A stretch of 64,000 bases of DNA from Centroscyllium fabricii (Eukaryota): the NCBI GenBank assembly GCA_051313645.2, contig JBNRSN020000001.1:54126001-54190000 (forward strand). Direction: 5' to 3'. Positions 1 through 12,657 of this stretch are shown one piece after another. The position numbers were made by a program, and so were the translations under genes. How positions within the stretch are numbered: position 1 is the first letter of the stretch; each line of letters opens with the position of its first letter. The notes beneath the pieces were generated by a model. The model was not told the DNA's origin and did not search any database. It worked only from the letters and a program-made list of their open reading frames with translations.

Positions 1-381
1 TATGTAAATTAAAAAAAAAAACTTTAACTTAAAAATTTAACGCTACCGATCTGGCCACATTACTCCTCAAAACTGTTAAAACTTAAAATTAAAGGTAAAA
101 AAGTAACTTACCTTGTTTAAGAACGTTTCTCTCTACCTCACGCACGAGTTACTGCAGCTTTTTTCATGTGCATCTCAGGGCTCCGTTGCCCACAGAATCA
201 CAGAAAAAAAAGCACCCATTTGCATCGGAAATCTTGGGTGCAACTCACTCGTGCATTTGACGCTGAGGGCCCTTCTCCCGCAGCATCGGAAATCTTGGAA
301 TTGTGGGCATCTCGGATCCGTGGGCATTTTTTGTGGGCATCTCCGTGGGCATCTGCTTTGAGGCATCGGAACTTCTGGCCC
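1..381. mobile_element. Right part of PIF/Harbinger-type MITE, same family as 9549-10418
   Basis: Ends in ...aacttctggccc, the TIR type of 9549-10418; 45-115 matches about 10075-10140. Confidence 0.7.
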
Positions 382-945
382 TATTATAGTGTCTTTCACA
401 TAGTAAAATGCCCCAATGCACTTAAATTCAAAATTGGAGTGTATCAAAATCCAAATACCATTTTAGGACAGAGCTGGCCGGACCCCGCACTCTCCAACCA
501 GTGATACATAGGAACATGAGGAGGCCATTCAGCCCATTAAACCTGTTCTGCCATTCAATTGATCCGCACCTTAATTCCAATTACCTGCATTTGCTCTGTG
601 CTGTTTTTAAATGCTCTTTCCGAGCTTTGCCCACGATGCTCCAATCTGTCACTGCGCGGATTGCCTGCATTGTTTTTAAATGCTCTCTACGGGCCTTTCC
701 CCTGGTGCTCCACTCTGTCCAACACAGCCGAAGGGGCCCTGGAAAGATAAGTTGTAAATTATTGCGTGGCAACACAAGGAGCAGGAACCTACATAGCTTC
801 ACAGGAGCTTACCAAATAGAATCACAGAATGATCCAGTGCAGGAGGCCATTGAGCCCATTGGACCGGTGCTGGCTCTTTTGTCGAGCTCCCCAATTAGTC
901 CCACTCCCCTGCTCTTTCCCCATAGCTCTGTAAATGTTTCCCCTT

Positions 946-1225
946 TGACGTATCATCAATAATACAAAAGATGAGTAGTTACCTTAACTACAGGCTTTTA
1001 TTAACTTTAAAATGGAGCTAGTCTCCAGTCGAGTACAAGGAGAGAATGAGCGGGGGCAGGGCAGACCTTACCTATAAGCTCCCACCTGAGGGGAGGAGTT
1101 AGAGGTGTGGCTGACCTGGCCTTACATACAGTATCTATACATAAGTGCCCCACAGTGTACAAGTCCCGCCAATGCACCCGCAACTATACAAGCAACTATA
1201 TACAAGTGGTAATACGGTTACCACA
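946..1225 (-). mobile_element. Solo LTR of the Gypsy family nested at 56894-64000
   Basis: tgacgtat...ggttaccaca termini; 5-bp TSD ccctt; homologous to LTRs at 56894, 59352 and 62513. Confidence 0.9.
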
Positions 1226-1235
1226 CCCTTCGAGT

Positions 1236-2562
1236 AGAAAAAATCATGAGGGACAGAATTAGTTTCCACTTGGAGAGGCAAGGATTAATTAAGAATCGTC
1301 AACATGGCTTTGTCAAGGGAAGATCATGTCTGACTAATTTGATTGAAATTTTTGAAGGGGTGACGAGATGTGTGGATGAGGGTAGTGCAGTGGATGTGGT
1401 ATACATGGATTTTAGTAAGGCTTTTGATAAGGTCCCGCATAGGAGACTGGTCAAGAAGGTAAGAGCCCATGGGATCCAGGGCACCTTGGCACAGTGGATC
1501 CAAAACTGGCTTAGTGACAGGAGGCAGAGTGTGATGGTCGAAGGTTGTTTTTGTGACTGGAAGCCTGTGTCCAGTGGTGTACCGCAGGGATCGGTGTTGG
1601 GTCCCTTGCTGTTTGTAATCTATATTAATGATTTAGATAATAATGTAAAAGGCATGATCAGTAAGTTTGCAGATGACACAAAAGTTGGGGGGTTGGTAAA
1701 TAATGAGGATGACATAGATGAGTTGGTAAGATGGGCAGAACAGTGGCAAATTAAATTTAATCCTGAAAAGTGTGAGGTGATGCATTTCGGTAGGTCTAAC
1801 ATGGCAAGGGAGTACACCATGAATGGTAGGACGCTAGGGAGGTCAGAGGATCAGAGGGACCTTGGTGTGCAGGTACATAGGTCCCTGAAGGCAGCAGGGC
1901 AGGTGGATAAGGTGGTTAAAAAGGCATATGGGATACTTGCCTTCATTAGCCGAGGCATAGAATATAAGAACAGGGAGGTTTTGATGGAGCTGTACAAAAT
2001 GCTGGTAAGACCACAGCTGGAGTACTGTGTGCAGTTCTGGTCGCCACACTATAGGAAGGATGTAATAGCTTTGGAGAGGGTGCAGAGGAGATTCACCAGG
2101 ATGCTGCCTGGGCTGGGGAACTTCAGCTATGAATAGAGACTGAAGAGGCTGGGGTTGTTTTCCTTGGAGCAAAGGAGGCTGAGGGGAGACCTGATTGAGG
2201 TGTACAACATTATGAGGGGAATAGATAGGGTGGATGGAGTCGAACTTTTACCCTTGGTTGAGGGGTCAATAACGAGGGGGCATAATTTCAGGGTAAGGGG
2301 CAGGAGGTATGTGAGAAAGAACTTTTTCACCCAGAGGGTGGTTGGAGTCTGGAACTCCCTGCCTGAGAGGGTGGTAGAGGCGGGAACCCTCACAACATTC
2401 AAAAAGCATTTGGATGAGCACTTGAAATGCCACAGCATACAAGGCTACGGACCAAATGCGGGAAAATGGGACTAGTATAGACTGGGATTGATGGGCGGCA
2501 CGGACGCGATGGGCCGAAGGGCCTCTTTCTGTGCTGTATTACTCTATGACTGTATGACTCTA
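1236..2562 (+). mobile_element. 5'-truncated CR1 LINE (RT C-terminal part and 3' tail)
   Basis: ORF 1246-2136 has QHGF, YMDFSKAFD, GVPQGSVLGP and KFADD; continues past a stop to 2475; tail of tatgact-type repeats. Confidence 0.95.
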
Positions 2563-2639
2563 TTTATCAAGTATTGAAACATAGAAACATAGAAGATAGG
2601 AGCAGGAATGGCCCCGCTTATTACTTTCTTATTTTAAAA

Positions 2640-3033
2640 ATTTTTTTTATCCATTGATGGGATGTGGGCATCGCCGGCTGGCTAGGCCTGCATTTAGTGC
2701 CCATCCCTAATTGCCCTTGCGAAGATGGTGATGAGCTGTCTTCTTGAACCGCTGCAGTCCACATGGTGTAGGTACACCCACAATGTTTTTAGGAAGGGAG
2801 TTCCAGGATCTTGGCCCAGCGACAGTGAAGGAGCGACGATACAGGTCCAAGTCAGGATGGTGTGTGGCTTGGAGGGGAACTTGTATTTGGTGCTGTTCCC
2901 ATGCGTCTGCTGCCCTTGTCCTTCTAAGTGGTAGAGGTCACGGGTTTGGAAGACGCTGTTGAAGGAGCTTTGGCGAGTTGCTGTAGTGCATCTTGTAGAT
3001 GGTACACACTGCAGCCACAGTGCGCCGGTGGTG
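2640..3033 (-). mobile_element. 3' fragment of CR1-group LINE, family of 20566-21720
   Basis: Near-identical to 20575-20960. Confidence 0.85.
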
Positions 3034-3550
3034 TAGTGCACCATCCCATACATAACTGAGACAGCACTGCAGTGAAGGGTTTCACGAAAAATCAGTAAGA
3101 ATGAGTATATCGTCAGGGCTAACTTTGTCCCATGTTCACTTATGGCAGGTGTGCATGAATATTAATATCCCAAGCAACATCTTAGTGGCTTTCTCAAGGT
3201 CTGGTATCTTCAACCAGTTAATCCTTCCAGGTCCAGCAGGTTCACAGTATCTCACTGGCTTGCTTAATGATGTCCTCCCATGCCTGCTCAACCAGATACT
3301 CGCAGCAGGTGGGCGTGGGAAGGTGCTTCTCCAGCTCATCAATAGTTCTCCCCTCTGTTCTCTCATTCCTTCGATCGGAGAGTCAGCAATCTGATCATCA
3401 AAATGGGAAATCCACTGCTTCCTGTGCGACATCCCTTCAATGAAAGTACTCGGGGAAAACAGATGTACAACAATTCCAAAGCCTTAAGTGGCAGCCGTGG
3501 CTCAGTAGGGTGCACACTCGCCTCAGAGTCGGAAGGTTGTGGGTTCAAGT

Positions 3551-3868
3551 TCATAGAATCATAGAATCCCTACAGTACAGATAGAGGCCATTTCGGCCCA
3601 TCGAGCCTGCACCGACACATATCCCACCCTATCCCCGTAACCCCGAATATTCAATCGCCCTAACACTAAGGGTCAATTTACCATGGCCAATCGACCTAAC
3701 CCGCACATTTTTGGACTGTGGGAGGAAACCGGAGCACCCGGAGGAAACCCACGCAGACACGGGGAGAATAGTGCAAACTCCACACAGATAGTCACCCGAG
3801 GCCGGATTTGAACCCGGGCCCCTAGCGCTGTGAGGCAACAGTGCTAACCACTATGCCACCGTGCCGCC
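3551..3868 (-). mobile_element. HE1-type tRNA-derived V-SINE, short-tail subtype
   Basis: Reverse complement gives the ggcggcacggtggcatagtggttagc head, V-domain (gtgtggagtttgcac...gggtttcctccgggtgctccgg) and (ttctatga)n tail; abuts a SacSINE-like head at about 3492-3550. Confidence 0.9.
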
Positions 3869-3979
3869 TTTATTTCGACTGGCATTAAATTGACAGCAAG
3901 ACTAATTCTTTTGAAACAAATTGGAATAAGCTTATTAAACACACACACTCATGCACATCAAAACAATAGACTACTGGTA

Positions 3980-6900
3980 TCAAGCTTGTTCATCTTCATT
4001 ACTTTCAGTTTCGCTTCTCGTGTTTGATCAGGTATCTGCCCAGACTCTGTTTCACAGCCACATCATGTTCCTCAGCAACTGTCTCCAGTTCCGACTTATT
4101 CCATGTGGATTCCAACTAAAACTCCACCCTTCGTGTTTCAGATCCACCCAGGATTACAAATAACTCCAGGATATTCATCGTTCCTCGAACTACTGCTCTC
4201 GCCGCATCTTGAGATCCACGCTCAACACCATGCAGCATCACATGACCACTCCCAACCTCTCTCTTCAGCAGCACCGATTCACTCTATCTCAAAGTTGTCC
4301 GGGTCCACAGTTCCATTTCATCCTTTGACTCATCCGACGCTTCATCAAAAGACTTTCCTTCTTCCTTTCCGATGTCAAGGATTGCAAGCTTCATCAACTC
4401 TTGAACACCAATGCCCCTCCGGAACCTTCTTCCCCATCACTTTCCTCTGACCCCCCCTTCTCTCAATCTCACCCTCTGCTGCATCTTCACTTCCCCTCTG
4501 ACCTTCTGCTCTCTGACCCCGAACGATCAGTCCTCAGCAAAGGCCTGATCTTCATCCCCTTATGCCCCACCTCAATGAATTTCGAGCTCGACACGATGTT
4601 GAGCTCTTTTTCCGTCACCTTCGTCTCTGTGCCCACTTCTCTGACCAGGAGTCTTCCCCTCACACAGCTGACCCTTTCTCCCCATTTCAAGACTCTCGTT
4701 CTACTTGGACCCCTTCCCCCAGCCTCTTACCATCTCTAGATCTTTTCATCGCTAACTGCCGCCGTGACATCAGCCGTCTCCATTTCTCTGCTCCCCTCAC
4801 TCACTCCAACTTACTTCCCTCTGAACTTGCAGCACTCCATTCCCTCAGATCCAACCCTGACATGGTCATTAAACCTGCTGACATGGGCGGTGCTGTTGTT
4901 GTTGGGAGAACTGACCTCTACCACTTCCTACCTCCACCTGGACTATGACCACACTACCGAACATCAAACCACCGTTTCCAAGATTGTCACTGACCTCCGC
5001 TCCTCCGGAGATCTTACCCCCGCGGCCACCAACCTCATAGTTCCCCAACACCGCACAGCCCGCTTCTACCTCCATCCCAAGATTCACAAACAGGACAGCA
5101 CTGGGAGACCCATCGTTTCAGCCTGTTCTTGCTCCACGGAACTTATCTATTCTCCCCTTGTCCAGTCTCTTCCTACCTACATCCGCGACTCTTCGGATGC
5201 CCTCCGTCACTTTAACAGTTTCCAGTTTCCTGGCCCCAACCGCCTCCTTTTCACCATGGACGTACAATCCCTCTACACCTCCATCCCCCACCAGGTTGAC
5301 CTGAGGCCGCACCACTTCTTCCATGAACAGAGACCCGACCAGTCCCCATCCACCACCACCCTCCTCCGCCTGGCTGAACTTGTTCTCACATTGAACAACT
5401 TCTCCTTTGACTCCACTCATTTCCTCCAAATCAAAGGTGTTGCTATGGGTACCCGCAGGGGTCCGAGCTATGCCTGCCTTTACGTGGGATATGTGGAACA
5501 CTCTGTTTTCCAGATCTACTCGGGTCCCCTCCCTCACCTCTTTTTCCGGTACATTGATTACTGTATCGGGGCCGTTTCCTGCTCTTGCCCTGAACTAGAC
5601 AATTTCATTCATTTTGCCTCCAATTTTCATCCTTCCCTCACCTTCACATGGTCTATTTCTGACTCTTCCCTCCCTTCCTCGACTTCTCCGTCTCCATTTC
5701 TGGGGATAGGTTATTGACCAACATTCACTACAAGCCCACTGACTACCACAGCTACCTGGACTACACTTCCTCCCACCCCGCTTCCTGTAAGGACTCTATT
5801 CCATTCTCTCAGTTTGTCCGCCTCTGCCGCATCTGCTCTGACAATATCACCTTCCACACAAGTGCTTCCGATATGTCTTCCTTTTTCCTCAACTGAAGAT
5901 TCCCCTCTACCGTGTTCGACATGGCCCTCGACCGTGTCCATTCTATCTCCTGCACTTCTGCCCTCACCCCTGCCCTCTCTACTGTAACCACGATAGGGTT
6001 CTCCTTGTCTTTACTTTTCACCCCACCAGCCTCCACATTCAACGGATCATCCTCCGCCATTTCTGCCACCTCCAACGTGATCCCACCATCAAACACATCT
6101 TCCCCTCCCCATCCCTTTCAGGATTCTGTAGGGACTGCTCCCTCCGAGACACCCTAGTCCACTCCGTTATCACCCCAAGCACCCCTTTCCCTTCGCCCGG
6201 CACCTTCCCGTGCAAGCGCAGGAGATGCAACACCTGCCCTTATACCTCCCCCCTTCCCACTCTCCAGTGCCCGAAACACCCCTTCCAGGTGAAACAGCGA
6301 TTTACTTGTACTTCTTGCAATCTAGTATACTTTATTTGCTGCTCATGATGTGGTCTCCTCTACATTGGGGAGACCAAAGTTAGATAGGGTGAGCGCTTTG
6401 CGGAACACCTCCGTTCAGTCCATAAGGGTGACCCTGAGCTTCCGGTCGCCTGTCACTTTAATTCTCCACTTCACTCCCACTCTGATCTCTCTGTCCTTGG
6501 CCTGTTACATTGTACCACAGAAGCTCAGCGTAAGCTCCAGGAACAGCACCTCATCTTCCGATTAGGCACTTTACAGCCTTCCGGACTCAATATCAAGATC
6601 AACAATTTCAGAACATAACCCTTTACATTTTTACCTTTTATTTTATTATCCACACCTTTGCCTTAGCCCACCCCACCCCCTTTTTTCTCCCCCACATGGT
6701 AGCTGTCTCCCATTCTGCTAACGCATTTCGCACCTAATCTACAGTCGTCTTCTGTCTCCACTTATCCTATCACCAGTTCGTCTCATTTTAAGTAATTCTT
6801 AATGTCTCTTCTCGCCCCTTTGTTCTCTCCCAGCACCTTACTGCCCTTCTTATCTGTTTCATTTCAGTCTTGATAAAGGGCCTGAAACGTTGACTCTCAT

Positions 6901-6995
6901 TTCTCTCTTCACGGATGTTGCCTGAACTGCTGAGTTTTTCCAGCATTTTCTGTCGTTATTTCGGATTTCCAGCATCTGCAGTATTTTGCTATCGT
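3980..6995 (+). mobile_element. Decayed Penelope-like element (RT plus GIY-YIG endonuclease) with 3' pLTR
   Basis: Frameshifted ORF pieces with KPADMGGAVVV, PKIHK..GRPIVS, DVQSLYTSIP, KGVAMGT, RYID, YKPTD; C..CGLLYIGET near 6340-6375; degenerate hammerhead about 6866-6895. Confidence 0.92.
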
Positions 6996-7820
6996 ATCAG
7001 CCTACTGGTATCTATGGACTCTACTCGATTACAACAGCTAAGGTGATGGGTTAGATTTAAACAGACCTGTACCTTCCTGAGTCGAGCAAAGCACATGGCC
7101 TTTTTCCTTGCTTCTTGGTCTGGTCTGTAGAGGGAGGGATTCCTGCTTTTCCACGTGGTCATCCAGAGAGACAGCGAGAGCCTTTGGGTTCCTTATTTTA
7201 TATCTTTTAAAGTCCATTATCTCTAGTCTAAATTGCTAAGACCCCAGGATTGGCTTTCCTTTGAACATGTGTCTGTCTGCGGTGGCTGGTGCCATTTCTT
7301 GATTAAGTTAATTGTTTGTTAACACCTTTTAGTGGGTCTTAAGTTTCGATGGTGAGTTTTGATGGGTTTTCGATGCTGCCTTTGTGGGGGTTATCCTGTT
7401 CTGCAGGTTTCCTTTGTTAAGTTTTGCGCTGTTGCCTTGAGCAGGGAGATCCAGACACATCAAATTCATCTTTATTACATGATGTGGAGGTGCCGGTGTT
7501 GGACTGGGGTGGACAAATGCAAGAAGTCACACAACACCAGGTTATAGTCCAACAGTTTTATTTGAACTCACAAGCTTTCGGAGCGTCTGCCCCTTCGTCA
7601 GGTCACCGTACGGACACCGCACAACAATTGCCAGGCAGGAGTATTCCCTCCCAGTCGGGGAACATTTCAGCAGTGAAGGACATTCAGCCTCCGATCTTCG
7701 GGTAAGCATTCTCCAAGGCGGCCTTCGAGACACACGACAACGCAAAATCATTGAGCAGAGACTGATAGCCAAAGTCCGCACCCATGAGGACGGTCTCAAC
7801 CGTGATATCGGCTTCATGTC

Positions 7821-8073
7821 TGTGATGAATCATTTGGTGTGGTTCACACTGTGCTATTATTGTATATAGTTTGTGTTAATAAATCTGTACCTTTGTGTAA
7901 GGACCTGGACCTGGACCGGCTGACCCCGCCTCTGAGTATGGGTATAAAGGAGAATGCTCCGCCCACCTGGCTCTCATTCCGGGCGGACTCATCGCAGACC
8001 AGGTTCAGTACTTTGTGAATAAAAGCCTTCAATTAGTTTTCACCAACGACTGGCGTGATTGATTTGCGCATCA
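7821..8073 (+). mobile_element. Solo Gypsy-type LTR inserted in the Penelope remnant
   Basis: tgtgatg...cgcatca termini; 5-bp TSD atgtc; tataaa and aataaa present. Confidence 0.85.
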
Positions 8074-8341
8074 ATGTCATGCTACATGTGACCCTGCCTG
8101 ATGTAGAGTCATCCAGACCAGAGATATCTTTGTCTTGTAAGGAAATTCCTTTTTTTAAACATAATTTTGTGTGTTTTGAAGCATTTTACCCCTTGTGACT
8201 GTGCCTCATTGATCTCAGACTGATATGTTAAAATATGTTAATACACCTTTGTGTGCTCTGTCTATCTCTGCTAAGGTGAGATGTGGGCGATCAGATTTCT
8301 CTCTTCCTCCCATATGTGCGTTCTTTAAGTCAGCTTCTCTT

Positions 8342-8380
8342 TCGCCTGACGAAGGAGCAGATGCTCTGAAAGCTTGTGAT
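8342..8380 (+). ncRNA. Minimal hammerhead ribozyme motif (Penelope type); second copy on - strand at about 7568-7605
   Basis: CTGACGA, stem II ggagc/gctct, GAAA, palindromic AAGCTT stem III, short stem I. Confidence 0.7.
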
Positions 8381-8506
8381 TTAAAATAAAACTGTTGGAC
8401 TATAACCTGGTGTTGTGTGACTTCTTGCATCTTTATTACATACATCTTATATTAGTAGTCTCAAGTCCATCACATATACAAAACATATATTTTTATTCTT
8501 ACAAAG

Positions 8507-8914
8507 ACCCACTCCAGAGACTTTGAGCACATAAATCTAGGCTGATACTCCAGTGCAATGCTGAAGGAGTGCTGCACTGTCAGAGGGGCCGTCTTTCAGA
8601 TGAGACATTAAACCGAGGCCCCGTCTGCTCCCTCAGGTGGACAAAAAAGATCCTAAGGCACTATTTTGAAGAAGAGCAGGGGAGTTATCCCCGGTGTTCT
8701 GGCCAATATTTATCCCTCAGCCAACATAACAAAAACAGATTATCTGGTCATCTTCACATTGCTGTTTGTGGGAGCTTGCTGTGCACAAATTGGCTGCCGT
8801 GTTTCCCACATTACACCAGTGACTACACTCCAAAAGTACTTAATTGGCTGTAAAGCACTTCAAGACATCCGGTAGTCATGAAAAATGCGATGTAAATGCA
8901 AATCTTTCTTTCTT
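8507..8914 (+). mobile_element. SacSINE1/DeuSINE-type SINE lacking its head
   Basis: Deu-like body (gatgagacattaaaccgaggcccc...) and L2-type tail; homologous to 43050-43520. Confidence 0.8.
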
Positions 8915-9548
8915 AAGTGGCAGCTTATTGCTATAAATGGGTGCCATTGTGACAGTGGAAGCTTTGAAATGTAAGATATTGTTTTATATTATATTATTTA
9001 TGTATCTTTAACTACTTAGAGCAGTGGCAATTCTTTACTTTATGTGCATTTGAAAGGGAAGTTAAAAGAAAACAACAGGAATATTCTGAAAGGACCATTT
9101 TTGTGTGCTTGGCGTGAGGTCTGAATAAAAATCTTGAAATTAAACATTTTTATTTGCACAGAGCCATTGAGTCATGTTCCAGAGACATTTGGCAAAGAAG
9201 GAAATACAAATTAGTTGAATTATTTTCTTACATTCTTGTCTTTTATGATAAAAACCTGCACAGTTTGTCCAACTGTATTGTAGGTAAGCAGCTACTGCTT
9301 TCGGTCTCTGATAATTACATCAGCTTTCTGTAATTGTTTGCAAGATACCCAACGGGTTGTAGGGCAAGGCTCAAGCAGGTATCATTGGTCCTACTCATTG
9401 AGATAACAGCGATATGGTGGACTAGCACAGAGTGAAAGCTTTGTGGCTACTATCAGAGAGTAGGAATAAATGGGTCATTTTCGGGGTGGCAGGCGGTGAC
9501 TAGTGGAGTACCGCAGGGATCAGTGCTTGGGCCTCAACTATTCACAAT

Positions 9549-10418
9549 GGGCCAGAAATTAGGGTCTCCCGCTTGGTGCGGGTGCTAGGCCATGCAGACC
9601 CCTAACGCACCGCACCATAATCGCACCTTTGTAACAACCAAACCTTCCAGTCTTCTCCGCACCATTCCTGGGCTGCGTAGCAATCCAGCCATGCTAGGTG
9701 CGCTATATATGCGCTGCCGTCATGCGTGCGTTAGTGTGATGCCCCGCCCACTAAGGTCTAATTTAAATGGAAACGCCCCCTGCTTCACACACAGACTCGG
9801 CAGGGAGCAAGGACGCGAGCCCCCCCATTAGCACCACGCCCACTGCTGCACACACAGACTCGGCAGTGAGCAATGGCGGCCAGATCAAATTTTCAACGGA
9901 GGTAAGTCTCAGTGATTTTTTCACTAACTTTTTTAAATTAAGGAAACAGTTTAAAATTTCGGAGGTTCAAATTTAAAAATAACCAATTTGGAACAGAAAG
10001 CAGTGTGTTAAAAAATTGAAAATCCGATTTTTTAATTTTTTTTTAAAACTCTAACAGCCAATTTAAATGATAGTAATCTGGCCACATTACTCCAAAAAAT
10101 TGATAAAACTTAAAATTAAAGGTAAAAAAGTCACTTACCTTCTTGAAGAATGCACTATTCTCACCAACGCACGGTTAACAACTGCTTTTTTCCCGTGCTA
10201 TTTCAGGCACATTAGCGCACAGATAGCGCACAGAATAACACCCAAAAACATCGTGATTTTTGGGTGCTATTCTTTTGTGCGTTGGATGCTGAGGCCTCCT
10301 CTGCCTCAGCATCGGAAATCCCGGATCTGTGCGCATTCCCCGTGCGATGGCTAGCACGGGGAATTCGGCCCCACTCCGTGCGGGTGCTAATGGTGTGAGG
10401 GACCTGAATTTCTGGCCC
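9549..10418. mobile_element. PIF/Harbinger-type MITE
   Basis: TIRs gggccagaaatt...aatttctggccc; 3-bp TSD aat; interrupts CR1 exactly. Confidence 0.88.
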
Positions 10419-11006
10419 AATATATATCAATGATTTGGATGAGGGAACCAAATGTAATATTTCCAAGTTTTGCTGACTACACAAAATTAGGTGGGATTGT
10501 GAGTTGTGAGGAGGATGCAAAGAGGCTTCAAGGCGATTTAGACACGTTGAGTGTGTGGAAAAATACTTGGCTTATGCAGTATAATGTGGATAAATGTGAA
10601 GTTATCCACTTCGGTAGGAAAAACAGAAAGGCAGAGTATTATTTAAAGGTTGATAGATTGGAAAATGGTGATGTACAAAGGTACCTGGGTGGCCTTGTAC
10701 ACCAGTCACTGAAAGCAAACATGCAGGTACAGCAAGCAGTTAGGCAGGCAAATGATATGTTGGCCTTCATTGCAAGAGGATTTGAGTACAGGAGTAAGGA
10801 TGTCTTACTACAGATATACTCTGAAGGGATAATGACAAGTCCCAGCCCTTCCCGGGCTATCCCAGATCAGGCGTATTCCCCAGATGTTCACCTTCAACTT
10901 AAGTTAGAAATAGCCGAATTCCATAAGACGCTTAAATGGGTCTAAACGTTCAGGCTATCTCTCCATAAATGATCGGAACGACTGAAGATGTTATCCTCCT
11001 CCGGAT

Positions 11007-11263
11007 AGTAATAATAATAATAATAATTCAACTTTTCATTCTCATTATACAATGTACAAGTACATGAACAAGGAAATGTGATCTTGCAAGCTCCCAAGAG
11101 TCCAGCAAAGCCGCTGCGTCTGTGCACGCCGCCATTCCATTTTTTCCATCATCCCGGCAATCTTCAGCCAATCGCCCCTCCCCGGGGCTCCTTTCATGAC
11201 CTTCTGCACCTGGTATTCCCCCATCCATGTACTAACCAGGCCTGGCTCTGCTTAGCTTCCAAG
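11007..11263 (-). mobile_element. 5S rRNA-derived SINE with LINE-derived body and (TTA)n tail
   Basis: Reverse complement of 11200-11263 (cttggaagctaagcagagccaggcctggttagtacatggatggg..gaataccaggtgc) matches the 3' half of vertebrate 5S rRNA. Confidence 0.85.
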
Positions 11264-12293
11264 CCTTGCCAGTGACCCTGTCCCTAGTCCCAAGAACAGG
11301 GCTTTTAATAAGTTGAACTAGACTGTAATCTTCCGGATATTATGAGGGTCCGGAATACCCCTCAGACTCCTTACAAAAGAGTACACAGAATTTGTGGGTT
11401 CGCGAGTTTATACAGAATTACTCTTTGAGCCAATTCTAAAAATATAGTTTTATTTAAGAGTCGACATTCAGTTAACGTCTGTTGAATCAGTCGCAACATT
11501 AACAATTCAAAATACAATTAGCTTACATTTCTTATTTCTCAGAGATCCTTATTCTCAAATCTTAACTTTGTTACATTTCTACTTTTCTTACTTATTTTTA
11601 AATCCAGAACATCCACCAAAATCAATCACTTTGACTTACCGAGACTCAGTTAAAGACTTACAGAGATGCCTCTGAAGAGTTGAGAAACACTTTGCCGTTC
11701 AGTGAGTTCTGCCTTTCTGTTAGAAAGGTTTTATTTTTATATACTTTTGGCAGTGGTTTCTTTTTTGATATTCTCTGCTGATGTCAGCTAATTGCGTTTA
11801 TTGATACCTTTTTCGAATGCTTTCTATTCTTACTATCAATTCAACTATTGCATGCATAATTATTTCTCTGCCTTTAGGAGTTCCAAAAATCATCATAAAA
11901 ACAATGACAGGTATGGTTTCTGTTTGATGCCACTCTTATTGAAGATTCTTCATTCAATTCTTAATATTGGCTTTACTGTTTTTTAGCAGACATTGTGACT
12001 CTGTGCTGCTCCAAGATTAATACAAACACAATGCAATTGCTTGGTGTCTCTATTGAAGTTATATCTTCAAAGTGTCCCTGTTGATATCATATTTACTCTG
12101 TCTATAATTTAAAGACACTTTAACTGAATGTGTCATGCATTTCTAGCTATCTCAATTGGTTGCATATTTAATTGTGATTCCTGTCTTATTTGATGTTACT
12201 TTTACAAAGGCACATGGTATAATCAATATTTTATGTTCCTGCTCGACGTGTTGGTTTTTAACACCTCACTTGGGTCTTCTATTGCGTTATATC

Positions 12294-12657
12294 TGTTAGG
12301 TCTGTGTTATTAGGAGGACGAATAACGACAGACACAATTTAACATTCTAAATCGGGGTGATGTTTACTGTGCATGGTAAAATCACAACGTAACCAGTAGC
12401 GCTCCCCGCGCTAACATATTTACATGTAGCTCACAGCAGAGCATAGTAGAGAACTGAACAGAAACTACACACACGAGCTTATATACACGACAGTGGCTGG
12501 TAAGGGTACTACAGCCTGGTGGCATCACATGATGCAGTGCCCAGCACCATCCTTAAAGGCACAGGCAATCGGATAGCACCGGGGTGATATAGAGAGGTGA
12601 TGCCGAGGTAGAGTCTAGCATCATCAGTACATATGTGTATGTTGTCCATACACCACA
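12294..12657 (-). mobile_element. Solo LTR of the 38514-42740 family
   Basis: Reverse complement aligns to 38514-38876; 5-bp TSD atatc. Confidence 0.92.

Larger units (their letters stand above)
7480..8435 (+). mobile_element. Penelope-like 3' remnant (GIY-YIG C-terminus) flanked by inverted pLTR copies
   Basis: GHSASDLRVSILQGG..EQRLIAK..THEDGLNRDIGFM at about 7678-7820; 7515-7605 is the reverse complement of 8342-8432. Confidence 0.85.

Noticed and set aside
11200-11263. 5S rRNA gene
   Set aside because: 5' half missing, internal deletion, and joined to a retroposon body and tail
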